From: Promethearchaeota archaeon
Lineage (GTDB): Archaea > Asgardarchaeota > Lokiarchaeia > Sigyniarchaeales > SOKP01
Length of the DNA stretch: 64,000 nucleotides
NCBI GenBank assembly: GCA_019057795.1
Contig: JAHLWS010000043.1
Coordinates: 13,746 to 77,745 of the forward strand
Reading direction: 5' to 3'
Shown: one piece after another, positions 28,007-38,921 of the stretch
Layout: each line of letters opens with the position of its first letter
Numbering within the stretch: the first letter of the stretch is position 1
Translations under genes and position numbers: made by a program
Notes under the pieces: model-generated
The model's database searches: none
Told to the model about the DNA's origin: nothing
The model's input: only the letters and a program-made list of their open reading frames with translations

Positions 28007-30961
28007 TTAGTTTATATCTAATTTCTCTTTTATGCGTTTAATCAGATCTTCTACGCTTAAATCTTTTTTTTCGATAAATCCTTGACCATAATCTTTTTTG
28101 CCACCACCCTTACCACCATAGTTAGAAACGATTTCCTGAACAAATTTTCCCATCTCGAAATCAATCTCTTCTAAAAGATTTTTCCCTATCATTCCCATTA
28201 GATTAATTCCTTTTTCGGTCTTATTGATGAAAAGAGTAACTAATTTCTCGGATTTCTGTAGAATTTTCACGCTTAAATTTTTAAGATCGGTTTGGGAAAG
28301 ATTTTCAAAGGATTTAAGAATCATTTTAGAATTTTCAAATGAGAACGCTGAATTTATAAGTTCTTCCACGTAACTTTCTTTTAATAAGTTTTCTACAGCT
28401 TGCAATTTGGTCTTAGCTTCATTCCATTCGTTAAATAACTTATTTACTTTTAACGGAATATCTTCTTTTTTTGTGTTAAGGATTTGAGCTAATTCCGTCA
28501 AGATGTCTCCTTCAAAGGTGTTGTTTGAATCTAAAGACATATCAATTTTTTTAACCTTTCCCGTTTGTAAGGCTTTATTCATGTTTTTCCATTTGTTTAA
28601 TAATTCATCTACTCTCCCAACGATCTTAGCTCGTGAAATTTTAAATAGCGATTCTAACTGGTTTAAAATTAGAGTTTCTTCTTGCTCAAGTTCTATTGTC
28701 GCATTTCCTGCTGTAAAGGTCAATCTCACTATGCCATCTTGAATCTTTTGGGATTTAGTTATTTTAATTCTTCCAGTTTCTGACGTATTATTTAAATGTG
28801 TTCCACCACAAGCTTCCACATCTACTCCTGGAATCTCTACGAGTCTAATATCCTTACCGGGCACTGCACCCCCTTGGTATATCGTCATTCCATATTTTTG
28901 TTCCGCATCTGAGCGAGGCATAAAAGAAAGTTTAAGATCGATTGCTTGGTTTACTATTTCATTTGCTTCTTTCTCTATTTCCTTTAACTTGTCATAGGGA
29001 AGTTTAGCAAAGTGAGTTATATCTAAATGAGATCTTTTAAGCGTTTTTTTCGCCCCTGCTTGATTAATATGTTCCCCTAATATATGACGGGCCGCAGCAT
29101 TAACGATATGAGTTGCCGTATGGTGTTGCGAGAGTTGAGTCCTCCATTCTTTATCTATTTCGATCTTAACGGTATCTCCTTCTTTAAAACTAGGTTTTTC
29201 AGATAAAACATGAACGATATAGCTACCTTGCTTAAACACATTATCAAATTTTTGACCATTAATGGTTCCAACATCATGTAACTGGCCTCCTGAAGTAGGA
29301 TAAGCAACAGATTGATCAAGAATTACCATGTTATCAATAATTTTTAGGACTTTTGCGTTGTTTGAAGTATTAGTATAATCGTAATAGTAAAGAGACTCGG
29401 TCTCTGGAACACCGTTTAAATCTAACTCAATTCCTTTCTCTGTTGCGTGAATTTGTTCCACTTTTTCGTGCCTTTCTACTACTAAACTATAAAAATTATC
29501 GGGGATTTTTATGGTTCTACCGAACTTTTTCGCGGTTTCTTTAACCATTTCAGGGTTAATGCCTCTGGAATCGTATATCTCAATTAAAGTCGCTGTTGAA
29601 ATATCTCCTTCAGAAAGTAATTTTTCTAAAATTTTGCTAGCTTTTCTTTTTGTTTTATAATATTTGTCTTTTTCTACGTTTAAAATTTCTCTAATTTCAT
29701 CCAAACGCTCAGAAACTTCCGGAAATAACTCCTTTAATTCTTCCGCGTGCCATCTACAAACATCAGCAATATTTATATCCCAATTATATTTTTCGATAAA
29801 AATTATAGCCCGTCTAAAAATTACTCTAAGATTATACCCGCCTCCTACGTTAGAAGGGAGTTTTCCGTCGTTTATAGCAAATAATAAACTTCTCGCATGG
29901 TCGGCAATTGAATAGATTGCAGTCATGGGCATGATCTTCTCTCTCAATTCCTTTACTGAGATGTCTAAATCCTTAGCTATTCTCTCCCATGCTGCATCCA
30001 TATCGTCTACTTCGTCGATATTTAAGTATGCGGAGTATTTTGAAAATTTATCGTATAAATCAAAATCCAAATTTATTTTAGTTAGCTCCCTTAACTTTGA
30101 TAAAACATATGGAAATATAGCTTCATACATGTTTGGAGTACCTTGTGAAAACCACGCCACGCGCTCTTGACCAAGCCCCATATCTAAAACTTTTAGACTT
30201 AATTCTCGAGGTCCATCTGGAGATTGTTCGAACATTGTATAGACTTGATTGAATAATTCTACGCCCCTACTAAAAAACTCAAGGCTACAACCAAAAGAAC
30301 CTCCACCAGCCCAAGAATCTTCGTGAATCGTTATTTCTTCTTTTGAGAGTCCCACACCTATGGTTATAAAGTCGTGTATATCCATAAAAAGCTGTCCTTG
30401 ATTCCATTCTTGAGGTGTGCCGAAAAAATGCTGTCCTATCATCACGAAACCCGTGTTGTGCGAACCAGTGATTCCTACATTCTCAATATCGTTAAATCGC
30501 AAGCAGAATTGAGGTATAATTAGTTTTTTCGCTGGAGGCTCAACTTCACCTGAGATTACGTAAGGTTGGAACGCTGAGATTGATGCTATTGTAAATTCAG
30601 AAGTAGGGTTCCATCTCGCAACGCAAGGGTATCGCTTAATTGGTTTGTATCCTCTTGGCTCTAAAATTTCTACAATTTTATTCCATACGCCAATATAGGA
30701 TAATTTATGCGTTAGTGGCTTTCCAGCAACTTGAAACCCACCAGAACAAGCAGGGTCGCCGCATACTTTTCGATCCTTAATGGTTGTCCAGAAATAAGCG
30801 CTACAACATTCGCAATGTTTTCTAATGTAACCTAAGTTCCTAAGTTCTTGCGTTGGAAAAAATTCATCGGGCTTCTTAGATGCAATCGTTTTAAATATCT
30901 TCTTTAGTTCTTTATCAGTACGAGCACTTTTTAGCTGTTTCTTCTCTTTATCGGATAACAA
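28007..30961 (-). CDS. alaS: Alanine--tRNA ligase (archaeal type)
   Basis: N-terminal CxxC, FTIASIS.FQP, DHAR, editing HTATH and CGGTH, C-terminal GGKGGG DHHA1. Confidence 0.97.
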   Translation of the reverse strand: MLSDKEKKQLKSARTDKELKKIFKTIASKKPDEFFPTQELRNLGYIRKHCECCSAYFWTTIKDRKVCGDPACSGGFQVAGKPLTHKLSYIGVWNKIVEILEPRGYKPIKRYPCVARWNPTSEFTIASISAFQPYVISGEVEPPAKKLIIPQFCLRFNDIENVGITGSHNTGFVMIGQHFFGTPQEWNQGQLFMDIHDFITIGVGLSKEEITIHEDSWAGGGSFGCSLEFFSRGVELFNQVYTMFEQSPDGPRELSLKVLDMGLGQERVAWFSQGTPNMYEAIFPYVLSKLRELTKINLDFDLYDKFSKYSAYLNIDEVDDMDAAWERIAKDLDISVKELREKIMPMTAIYSIADHARSLLFAINDGKLPSNVGGGYNLRVIFRRAIIFIEKYNWDINIADVCRWHAEELKELFPEVSERLDEIREILNVEKDKYYKTKRKASKILEKLLSEGDISTATLIEIYDSRGINPEMVKETAKKFGRTIKIPDNFYSLVVERHEKVEQIHATEKGIELDLNGVPETESLYYYDYTNTSNNAKVLKIIDNMVILDQSVAYPTSGGQLHDVGTINGQKFDNVFKQGSYIVHVLSEKPSFKEGDTVKIEIDKEWRTQLSQHHTATHIVNAAARHILGEHINQAGAKKTLKRSHLDITHFAKLPYDKLKEIEKEANEIVNQAIDLKLSFMPRSDAEQKYGMTIYQGGAVPGKDIRLVEIPGVDVEACGGTHLNNTSETGRIKITKSQKIQDGIVRLTFTAGNATIELEQEETLILNQLESLFKISRAKIVGRVDELLNKWKNMNKALQTGKVKKIDMSLDSNNTFEGDILTELAQILNTKKEDIPLKVNKLFNEWNEAKTKLQAVENLLKESYVEELINSAFSFENSKMILKSFENLSQTDLKNLSVKILQKSEKLVTLFINKTEKGINLMGMIGKNLLEEIDFEMGKFVQEIVSNYGGKGGGKKDYGQGFIEKKDLSVEDLIKRIKEKLDIN

Positions 30962-31222
30962 TTTTAATCAAAGGTTAGTTGTTGATGAAGATCTGATATC
31001 ATTAAATAATACAATTAATGTTTTCCTAAAATCTTTTGCTCTAATTAAATAACATCAAATTTGAAGAGTGTGATTTTAACATTTATGAAGCTAAAGTAAA
31101 ACGATTTTGGAAATATTACTTTAGTTTATACAAAATTGTTAACCCTTTTATATTATTAAATTATAATTAAACATACAAAACTTTTCCAATGTTTTGATAA
31201 ATTAAAGAGGTGTAAATTCAAT

Positions 31223-31522
31223 ATGGTACATGTAATGGTTAAAGTTAAATATCCTTATCATAAAACTGAGGAATTTTTAAAATTTTATCTTTCAGGTAAA
31301 GCACCGAAATATCCCGATTACGTGAAGCGGGTACACCAATGGCTAGGACCAGGTTATAACGTTAAAATCTATAATATTTATGAACTTCCTGAAGATAAAC
31401 TATATGAAGGTATGAAAGGAATTGCTAAACGATTTTCTGCGTATGCTGCGTTTGAAGACTACAAATTCAAAATTGAACCGTTGGTAGAAGGATCAGAGGC
31501 AATAGAGTTGTATAAAAAATAA
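31223..31522 (+). CDS. Hypothetical protein (99 aa)
   Basis: GAGGTG SD upstream, T-rich tract downstream. Confidence 0.7.
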   Translation: MVHVMVKVKYPYHKTEEFLKFYLSGKAPKYPDYVKRVHQWLGPGYNVKIYNIYELPEDKLYEGMKGIAKRFSAYAAFEDYKFKIEPLVEGSEAIELYKK

Positions 31523-31575
31523 TTTTTTTTATTATTTTATTAAATTTTAAAAATTAAAAACTTTTTTTTAATTAT
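31523..31575. terminator. T-rich intergenic tract between convergent genes
   Basis: Several oligo-T runs after stop 31522. Confidence 0.35.
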
Positions 31576-32016
31576 TCATTTTAGTTCTAAATACTGAAGA
31601 CGTGAGTACCCCTTTTTTATGAAGTCATAATCAAGGAGCTCGATTTTTTCTGGAATTATTTTTAAGAGTAAATTTCTTTTTCCTCTGACCATTTTTTGAG
31701 CTTTTTCAAAATCATCATCCCCTTCTCTCAAAAAAATCAATCTCTCTTTCCCGGAAGCGGTAATTTGCATCCCTTGGATTTTGCCGGTATCCATAGGCGT
31801 ATAGATTCCAATGCTCACAATTGGGTTTTCCTCGATATTTTTTACCTTCCTTCCCGGAGCAGGTCCCACATAAATATTAAAATCGTCAGATTTCTTATCC
31901 ATATAAAAGTCCATTGGAGTCGCGCGAGGTACATTATCCGAACAAGTGCATAAAACAATTATTTTTCTTTTTTCTAAAAAAGCCCGTATTTCCTTTTTTA
32001 GCTCTTCTTCAGGCAT
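31576..32016 (-). CDS. Pyridoxamine 5'-phosphate oxidase family (flavin/F420 split-barrel) protein
   Basis: VLCTCSDNVPRATPM...RKVKNIEENPIVSI. Confidence 0.85.
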   Translation of the reverse strand: MPEEELKKEIRAFLEKRKIIVLCTCSDNVPRATPMDFYMDKKSDDFNIYVGPAPGRKVKNIEENPIVSIGIYTPMDTGKIQGMQITASGKERLIFLREGDDDFEKAQKMVRGKRNLLLKIIPEKIELLDYDFIKKGYSRLQYLELK

Positions 32017-32134
32017 TATTTTTCCAATAATAGATTCACCTTTTTCAATTGTTATTTATTAGAAGTAAATCATAAAGAAAAGCTTAATGAGGAATAAAAT
32101 TAGAATTTTATAACCTAATTTATAGAAAATAAAT

Positions 32135-33283
32135 TTAGAATTGGCTGAAGTTAGAGTGTGGAAATTCTGTACCATCGATTGCCGCTTGAACGTAAGGAGA
32201 GATTGGTCCTCGTCCTAAAGCCATAATCCTAATTTTTGAGCCTAACATTGGATTTATGGAAGTCCCAAATTTGAGAGAAGCGTCTTCAGGAATTTCGCTT
32301 GAGACTGTCGAGATAATCTTATCTATTTGGGATAAAGATAGCTGGTGATCTCCCGAAACTGAAACTATACAATTATCGACTTTTTTAATATCTGGTTCTA
32401 AAAGGGGGTTGTGAAGCGCTAATCTTGCTTTTTTTATTAAATCGGCTTCGTCTCCTAAGGATTCTGTGATACCTATTAAACCAGAAGGGTATTGTCCTTT
32501 TTTTTGAATTACTTTTCTCACATCAGCGTAATCAATGTTGATCAAACCACAATTGTTTATTAAATTAATAATTTCGTTAATGCTTCTAATTAAAACCTCA
32601 TCCATAATCTTAAAGCCGGTTAAAATGGGGAGCTTTTGATTGAAGCGTAGAAGATTATCATTTGGGACAGGGATTAATGTATCAGAATATTTTAGAAGTT
32701 CTTCTAAACCTTTTTTTGCTCTTAGGCTTCGTTCTGCTCCTTCAGATGTAAAAGGCACCGAGCAAAACGATACAACCGTAGCGTTGTTCTTTTTTGCTTC
32801 CCTCGCAACTATAGGTGCTGCACCTGTACCCGTACCGCCTCCCAATCCAAACGTTAAAAAAATTACATCTGCGTTTAAAGCTTGCGAAAGTCGATGGACA
32901 TCTTCTTCTGCAGCAATAGTTCCAATACTAGGGTCGTTGCCTGAACCCAATCCGTTACAAGTTTCCTTTCCGATTAGTAGTTTCTGATTAGAATTTGAAT
33001 AATATAAATCGTGAGCATCTGTGTTAATATTTAAAGTTTCAATAAATTCAGAACCCATATCTTGCATTCTTGAAACTGTATTATTTCCTGCGCCACCAAT
33101 TCCAACTACTATAGATTTTATCTTTAAAACTTTAAGTAAATCCAAAAGATATTTATCGCTATCTAATCTGTTAGAATTTACATTTTGACGGGCAATTTCG
33201 TTAAATCTAGACCTTACTGATGTTCTTGATCTCGCTAAATCGCTTAAATCTAATTCATCATTATTCATAATTATCAACCACAA
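32135..33283 (-). CDS. ftsZ: Cell division protein FtsZ
   Basis: GIGGAGNN, INTD, GLGGGTGTG, T7 loop GLINIDYADV. Confidence 0.95.
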   Translation of the reverse strand: MWLIIMNNDELDLSDLARSRTSVRSRFNEIARQNVNSNRLDSDKYLLDLLKVLKIKSIVVGIGGAGNNTVSRMQDMGSEFIETLNINTDAHDLYYSNSNQKLLIGKETCNGLGSGNDPSIGTIAAEEDVHRLSQALNADVIFLTFGLGGGTGTGAAPIVAREAKKNNATVVSFCSVPFTSEGAERSLRAKKGLEELLKYSDTLIPVPNDNLLRFNQKLPILTGFKIMDEVLIRSINEIINLINNCGLINIDYADVRKVIQKKGQYPSGLIGITESLGDEADLIKKARLALHNPLLEPDIKKVDNCIVSVSGDHQLSLSQIDKIISTVSSEIPEDASLKFGTSINPMLGSKIRIMALGRGPISPYVQAAIDGTEFPHSNFSQF

Positions 33284-33752
33284 TTAGGAGCAATTTATAA
33301 TATTGAGTATTATATCCAAATAATATAAGAAAGTAATATGCAAGTAATATTTAAAATCGATTCGAATCTATTCTGTTTTGATATCACATCTATATTATTA
33401 CTCTTCAAATATTACTGATATAACATTTGAGTAGTACAAAGAGAATATAATAAAATTAAAGAAATGCTTGATGTTTATATTAATATTCCTCCCTTTTTTT
33501 TTCTCACAATTTTAATAATTTACGACAAATTTACAGGTTTATATATTACACCAATTTCCATAACAGATTCTTAATTGTAAAATAAGAAAGAAGAAGAATT
33601 GTTTAAAAAATGATTAAAATTAAAAATTTGTATAATGCATCCTACAATTCAATCGAATTTCTACTTGTTCGTGTGAATAAAAGAACACATTTAAAAGTAA
33701 ATAAATTTATAAGACTGAATTTTCATTCAATATATGTTCGGGGTTAAATAGT

Positions 33753-33992
33753 ATGGAAATTGAATTAAATAATAAAACAACTGATGGGACTTTCAATGAT
33801 TCTGATAATGAGAATCTAATCAAGGTGAGAGCTATAATTAGTTGTCCATCTGGAGATTATATAAAAAAGTTCAGAAATCAATTTCCTAGAAAAGATTTGG
33901 AGCTTATGGTGGTGGCTTTTAAGATATTCGATTTCATGACATGTACTAAATGTGGTGAGTTACTATCGCTGCGTTTAGAGTTTGAAATTTAG
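33753..33992 (+). CDS. Hypothetical zinc-binding protein
   Basis: CPSG...CTKCG; 79 aa. Confidence 0.6.
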   Translation: MEIELNNKTTDGTFNDSDNENLIKVRAIISCPSGDYIKKFRNQFPRKDLELMVVAFKIFDFMTCTKCGELLSLRLEFEI

Positions 33993-34064
33993 CTAATATA
34001 ATAAAACTTCTTGTATAACTCGTTCTAAAAATTAGCAGAAACTTAATTTTAGGTTTTAAAAAAA

Positions 34065-35405
34065 TTAGATATTAAGTTGAATTTGTCCGTAAGTCCCGCC
34101 ACCCCCTGGTGTGTATTCAATTTTGTTCGCTCTTATTGCTTCAATGACAGACGCAACCCCCTCATCAATTTTTATGATTTTTTCCAAAGGGATTTCTATT
34201 AACACCTCAAATTCGGTTCCAAGTTCATTTATTATTTTATTGTAAGTATTTAAAACTGTCTTGCTATTCGTGCTTTTAATATGTTTAACAGATCTTATTA
34301 TGTCAAATAAGGGTACGGCATTAATGTATGGCGGTCTATGGTTAGGGTATATTGGTTCTGGTGACGTAGAAATAACTTCAATCCTTTCACTTACACCTAA
34401 TTTAATTTTGATGTTTTTATTGAACTTTTCCTTACAAGCGGGGCAAGTAACTTTTCCTTTAGCTATGCTGTTGATATATTCCTTTCTTGCTTTTATTGGG
34501 TCGTTTGCGAGAACTTTTACAAAATCTTCCGTTATTGAATATTGATTAAATAAAGAACTACCTTGCTTTTTTGTTTTTTTGAATATAATTCTTCTTCTAC
34601 ATTTATGGCAAAACATATTAAAGTATTTCCCTAATTTGGGATGAAGTCCTACATTTAATTCAATTTTACGTTGATTTTTTCTTTCAATTGCTAAAACTAA
34701 TTCTTCAAAAGAGGGATTATCCATTTTGAATTTATTAAATTCTCTTCCTAAAGCGCGAGGTCCTTCAGAATGGGCATCACTATTGCTAAGAAAAGTTACA
34801 TTTTTAAGGCAATCTAATCTATCAGCTAAATCTGTGTTGGCAGATAACCCTAATTCTACAAATTTGACTTTTTTTTCGGCATCTTGATAACAATCTTTAA
34901 GAGTCTTAAATTTGTTTTGACGAAAAATTGCTTTGAAGGGGGTAAAAGCGTGTGCGGGTCCGATAATTGCCCCCAAATCAGTGATTTTATCAACTAATTC
35001 AGCAGGAGTTAAGTTCACTCGCGGACGTCCCCCCCACTCATCTAAGAGATTTTTCGAATAGGGTTTGATTTTTTTTTGAACTTCCCTTACAGTTGAAAAG
35101 TCAGGGAAAAATACTACTTCGTGAACACTTTCAATATCTTCAATTTCAGTTTGTAAAATAAAGAATGTATCTTTATATGAGAATGATCCGTCATTATTCT
35201 TCTTTAAATTCTTTTCTAAATACTTCAACCAATCAGGTTGCAGCACATCTCCAGTTCCAAGGATATCGAGTCCTTTTTTTTTGCAAGTCTCAACCATGGT
35301 ATCTAAATTTAGGTTTTTAGATACTGCTATTGAATGTGGAGAGTGGATATGTAAATCTGCATTAAAATCATTAAAATCCATTAGATCCATATAAATTTTA
35401 ATCAA
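34065..35405 (-). CDS. endoQ: Endonuclease Q (PHP domain, TIGR00375-like)
   Basis: DLHIHS.HS, GTGD, PAHAFTP, ELGLSA, SNSDAHS, LGKY, CxxC pairs, PGGGG.YG. Confidence 0.88.
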   Translation of the reverse strand: MIKIYMDLMDFNDFNADLHIHSPHSIAVSKNLNLDTMVETCKKKGLDILGTGDVLQPDWLKYLEKNLKKNNDGSFSYKDTFFILQTEIEDIESVHEVVFFPDFSTVREVQKKIKPYSKNLLDEWGGRPRVNLTPAELVDKITDLGAIIGPAHAFTPFKAIFRQNKFKTLKDCYQDAEKKVKFVELGLSANTDLADRLDCLKNVTFLSNSDAHSEGPRALGREFNKFKMDNPSFEELVLAIERKNQRKIELNVGLHPKLGKYFNMFCHKCRRRIIFKKTKKQGSSLFNQYSITEDFVKVLANDPIKARKEYINSIAKGKVTCPACKEKFNKNIKIKLGVSERIEVISTSPEPIYPNHRPPYINAVPLFDIIRSVKHIKSTNSKTVLNTYNKIINELGTEFEVLIEIPLEKIIKIDEGVASVIEAIRANKIEYTPGGGGTYGQIQLNI

Positions 35406-35436
35406 ATAAAAAGTTTAATTCAAAAAGAATAAGCAA

Positions 35437-36585
35437 TTATTTATTTTCTAATTGCCATTTAAAACGCCTTTCATTCCATTCTTTAGCTTTATCGGGTTGC
35501 CCTAACTTCTGATAACAAAGAACCATAGATTCCCCAAAATCTAAATCAGAGGGATCGAGCGAGATACTTTTTTTAAAATGTATTAAAGCCTTTTTATAAT
35601 CATTCTTTACATCGCAATAAATTTGACCTAATTTCTTATGAGCATTAGCATTATCTGGATCGGATCTAAGAGTGTTTTGAAAATATATTATGGCATTATT
35701 AAAATCTTTTAAAGCGCTATAACTAATTGCTAAATTTTCATATAATATCGCATCTTCTGACTGTAGGTTCAAAGCTTGTTCATAACATTCTACCGATTCC
35801 TTGAAGTTATCATTAAAAGTGTGTGATAATCCTAAGTTATTCCAAGCTTCTACGAAATGAGGGTCGAGTTCTGTTGCCTTTTTGTAGCATTCGATTGCTA
35901 AATCGTAATCATTTTGTTCATAAACAACATCTCCTAAATCAAACCATAATTCGGCGTTAAACGGATCGAGATCAAGCGCTTTTTTATAGTACCTAATCGC
36001 CTCCTCATAATTTTGAATGCTATAATAAATAATAGCAAGATTATTGTACAATAATGGTTCGTCGGGGTTAATGTTTAGAGCCTTTTCATAGCACTGTATC
36101 GCCTTATCGTATTGCTCGTTTTCTTTATAAATTAAAGCGATATTATTCCAAACATCAGTGTATCCCGGATCATATTCTAAGGCTATTTTATAAAATTTTA
36201 ACGCTTCGTCGTATTCTTCTAAGTCTTCGTGCGCAAATCCTAAGTTATAGTAAGCTATTGCATCATCGGGTTCTATTTCAATTGCTTTTTGGTAGCACTT
36301 TATTGCTTCTTTATACTGGCGCACCATACTAAATGAGAGCCCAAGATTATTCCAAACTTCAGAAAAATAAGGATTAATTTCAATAGCTTTTTGGTATGAC
36401 TCTATTGCATAATCGTACTTGTTTTCGTCGTAATAAGCATCTGCTAAATTAATCCACGCATCAGCGTCGTTAGGATCTAATTCTGCTGACTTCTTATATC
36501 GCTCAATCATTTTATAAATCAGATATTTCTTAGAAAAAAAAAACGTTTCATTCCTATTATTTTTTTGGAAAATTAAAAAGTTCAT
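35437..36585 (-). CDS. TPR-repeat protein
   Basis: About 10 34-aa repeats of the form W.NLG..Y....Y..AI.CY.KA...P. Confidence 0.92.
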   Translation of the reverse strand: MNFLIFQKNNRNETFFFSKKYLIYKMIERYKKSAELDPNDADAWINLADAYYDENKYDYAIESYQKAIEINPYFSEVWNNLGLSFSMVRQYKEAIKCYQKAIEIEPDDAIAYYNLGFAHEDLEEYDEALKFYKIALEYDPGYTDVWNNIALIYKENEQYDKAIQCYEKALNINPDEPLLYNNLAIIYYSIQNYEEAIRYYKKALDLDPFNAELWFDLGDVVYEQNDYDLAIECYKKATELDPHFVEAWNNLGLSHTFNDNFKESVECYEQALNLQSEDAILYENLAISYSALKDFNNAIIYFQNTLRSDPDNANAHKKLGQIYCDVKNDYKKALIHFKKSISLDPSDLDFGESMVLCYQKLGQPDKAKEWNERRFKWQLENK

Positions 36586-36591
36586 TAATTA

Positions 36592-37632
36592 CTATTTATT
36601 AATTATCATTTTATCTTGAATTTGATTGGTTAATAAAATTCTTAGGTAACTTTTATCGTTTCTGAACTTTACTTCTTCTAATTTACCCGTAACTAACACA
36701 TTTTCACCTTTGATTGCTTGCTCGCAAAATCTTCCTCTAAACGAATTAATTTCATTAAGATTCTTTAAATTTATATTCTTTGGAATAATTTTGCTCTCTA
36801 AAACTTTTAAATGCTCTATTTTATAAGAACAAGGAGTAAAAATCGAATTGGTTGAATCAGTAATTTTTGCTTTAATTTTTATTCTCCCTAAATTCTTGAA
36901 TTTATAATCGTAATAAGTTCCATTCCAATCTTTAGGACTTTTAATATACCTTATAAAAAAATCAATTCCATGAAATTTTCCTTGGTGTAACTTCTTTTTT
37001 TCACTTTTCAGAAAATCCTTGAAGCTAATATCAGACCCTCCGACTCTCCATTTATAGTGAGTTTTATATTCCTCTAAATTATACATTCTACAATTGTTTG
37101 AAGCCTGAAAAATATTTTTTAATTTATCTTGAAATTTTAAACTAACTTGAGTACCATATATAACTATGTCAATATCTGAGCTTTTTTTATTTAATCCAAT
37201 CATAGGGGACCCAGATATCCCAATAGAATTTTCCGGAATATCACCCTTATGTAATAAAAGTTCACATAGATTTTTAGACTGAATTTCTGTTTCTGTTAAT
37301 TCATTTTTATCTTTAAGCTTTTTAAAATAGGCTCTAGGAGTGTAAATTTGTTTTATATCTTCTAATTTGACTCCTTGAAGTTCTAAACCAATATTTTTAG
37401 AAAAGAATAGATATTGAGGATATTGCTCTCTTAATTTTGAGTACCTCTCATCGAGCGAATATATTTTTTTAAATTTAATGTCATCCTTTATTCTATCTCC
37501 ATTTTGATCAGGATAAAATCTTAAAAAACAAATCTTACGATCAGGGGGGTGATGAATACCTTTTATATCAAAAAATAGATGGTCTTGTTTTGTTTCAAGG
37601 TAGTCTCCTTCAATTCCTTTTGGAATTTTCAT
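36592..37632 (-). CDS. Archaeal nucleotidyltransferase (COG1665-like)
   Basis: GISGS...SDIDIVIYG; HPPDR..LRFYP; FTPCSY; VTGKLE. Confidence 0.82.
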   Translation of the reverse strand: MKIPKGIEGDYLETKQDHLFFDIKGIHHPPDRKICFLRFYPDQNGDRIKDDIKFKKIYSLDERYSKLREQYPQYLFFSKNIGLELQGVKLEDIKQIYTPRAYFKKLKDKNELTETEIQSKNLCELLLHKGDIPENSIGISGSPMIGLNKKSSDIDIVIYGTQVSLKFQDKLKNIFQASNNCRMYNLEEYKTHYKWRVGGSDISFKDFLKSEKKKLHQGKFHGIDFFIRYIKSPKDWNGTYYDYKFKNLGRIKIKAKITDSTNSIFTPCSYKIEHLKVLESKIIPKNINLKNLNEINSFRGRFCEQAIKGENVLVTGKLEEVKFRNDKSYLRILLTNQIQDKMIINK

Positions 37633-37645
37633 AGGTATCCCAAAC

Positions 37646-38749
37646 TTAATATTTTGAAGGGGTTTTTGATTTGATTTTATATTTTGGAATCTCTTTTATT
37701 TTTCTTAACTCTTTTTCAAAATCTCGCTTTTCTCTAAGAAATCTCTCTTTATCACTTTTTAATTTTTCTCTTTCTCTTCTAATTGCCTGTTTTTCATTCT
37801 GTATCATCGATTTTTCTTTTTCCAATTGTTTAGACTCATTTTTTAATTTTTTAAGCTTATTCTCTAAATTACGAATTTTATGTTCTAAAGAATAATAAGT
37901 ATCTTCTGCTTTCGGAACTTTTCTATCTAATTCCTTTAATCTTGCTTCTTGCCCTTTTTTCTTTCTTCCTAATTCTCTTACATCACGATCTACTTTCTCT
38001 TTATACTTGTTCAATCCTTCTTTTTTTTTATCAACTTCACGAGATTGAAGATTTAACTCTTTTTTTTTATATCGAACTTTTTCTTTTTCATCTTTTAATT
38101 TTCTTTTCTCATCCTCGATTCGATTTTTTTCATCTATTTTTTCTCTTCTCAAACTATTGATTTCTTTGGTTAGATTATCTCTTTCTCTCGTTAAATTCTT
38201 AATTTCATTTCTCAAATCCATTAATGCGTTTTCCAACTTTTCATTAGTTCTTTCTAACGCAATTTCTCTCCGTTCCATACCTGGTATTTTAGTTTTAATT
38301 TCTTTAATTCTATCTTTTGCTCTTTCTTTTTCTTTTTCTAAATATTTATTCTCACTCTTTATCTCATCTTTTAATCCTTGTAGTTTCTCTTGATATCGTT
38401 CTAAGTTAGCATTTTTTTGATCTAATTCCCTTTCTCTTAAAGCTATATTATCTCTACTTTGCTTTATTTCATTTCTCATAGCGTCTAATTCATTTTTTAA
38501 TTTTTCACGTTTATTTTGTAGGTTTCTCACTTGAAGTTCTTTTTCTTTTCTTTTCTTTTCTAAATCTTCAATATTTTCGTGGTATCCTTCAACTTTTTTA
38601 ATAACCTGTTCCCATTCGTTTTTCTCTTTGTTCAATTTAGCTGTTTCTTCCTTAATTTTTTTGAGTAATTTCGCATCTGGAATAACATCTAATTGCTCTT
38701 CAGGTGTTTTTTCTCGAATTTGGTATTTAGGAATGGGTTTATCATTCAT
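37646..38749 (-). CDS. Long coiled-coil protein
   Basis: 367 aa, K/E-rich heptads, no ATPase motifs. Confidence 0.75.
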   Translation of the reverse strand: MNDKPIPKYQIREKTPEEQLDVIPDAKLLKKIKEETAKLNKEKNEWEQVIKKVEGYHENIEDLEKKRKEKELQVRNLQNKREKLKNELDAMRNEIKQSRDNIALRERELDQKNANLERYQEKLQGLKDEIKSENKYLEKEKERAKDRIKEIKTKIPGMERREIALERTNEKLENALMDLRNEIKNLTRERDNLTKEINSLRREKIDEKNRIEDEKRKLKDEKEKVRYKKKELNLQSREVDKKKEGLNKYKEKVDRDVRELGRKKKGQEARLKELDRKVPKAEDTYYSLEHKIRNLENKLKKLKNESKQLEKEKSMIQNEKQAIRREREKLKSDKERFLREKRDFEKELRKIKEIPKYKIKSKTPSKY

Positions 38750-38921
38750 GGTATTTGTAAAAACTCATATAATTTTTAAGTATAATATAGTATTTTTCAC
38801 TCTAAAGTGTTTGCAATTTACTTTAATTACTTTAAAGCCAATTTTTGTTGTCGATTTATATATTATCATTTCCATTATTTCTTAAAAAGAAATTTAAAAT
38901 TTATAATTCTAAACTAATGGT

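Noticed and set aside
37646-38749. SMC/Rad50 or ESCRT-III call for the coiled-coil protein
   Set aside because: No Walker motifs, hinge or Snf7-like pattern visible
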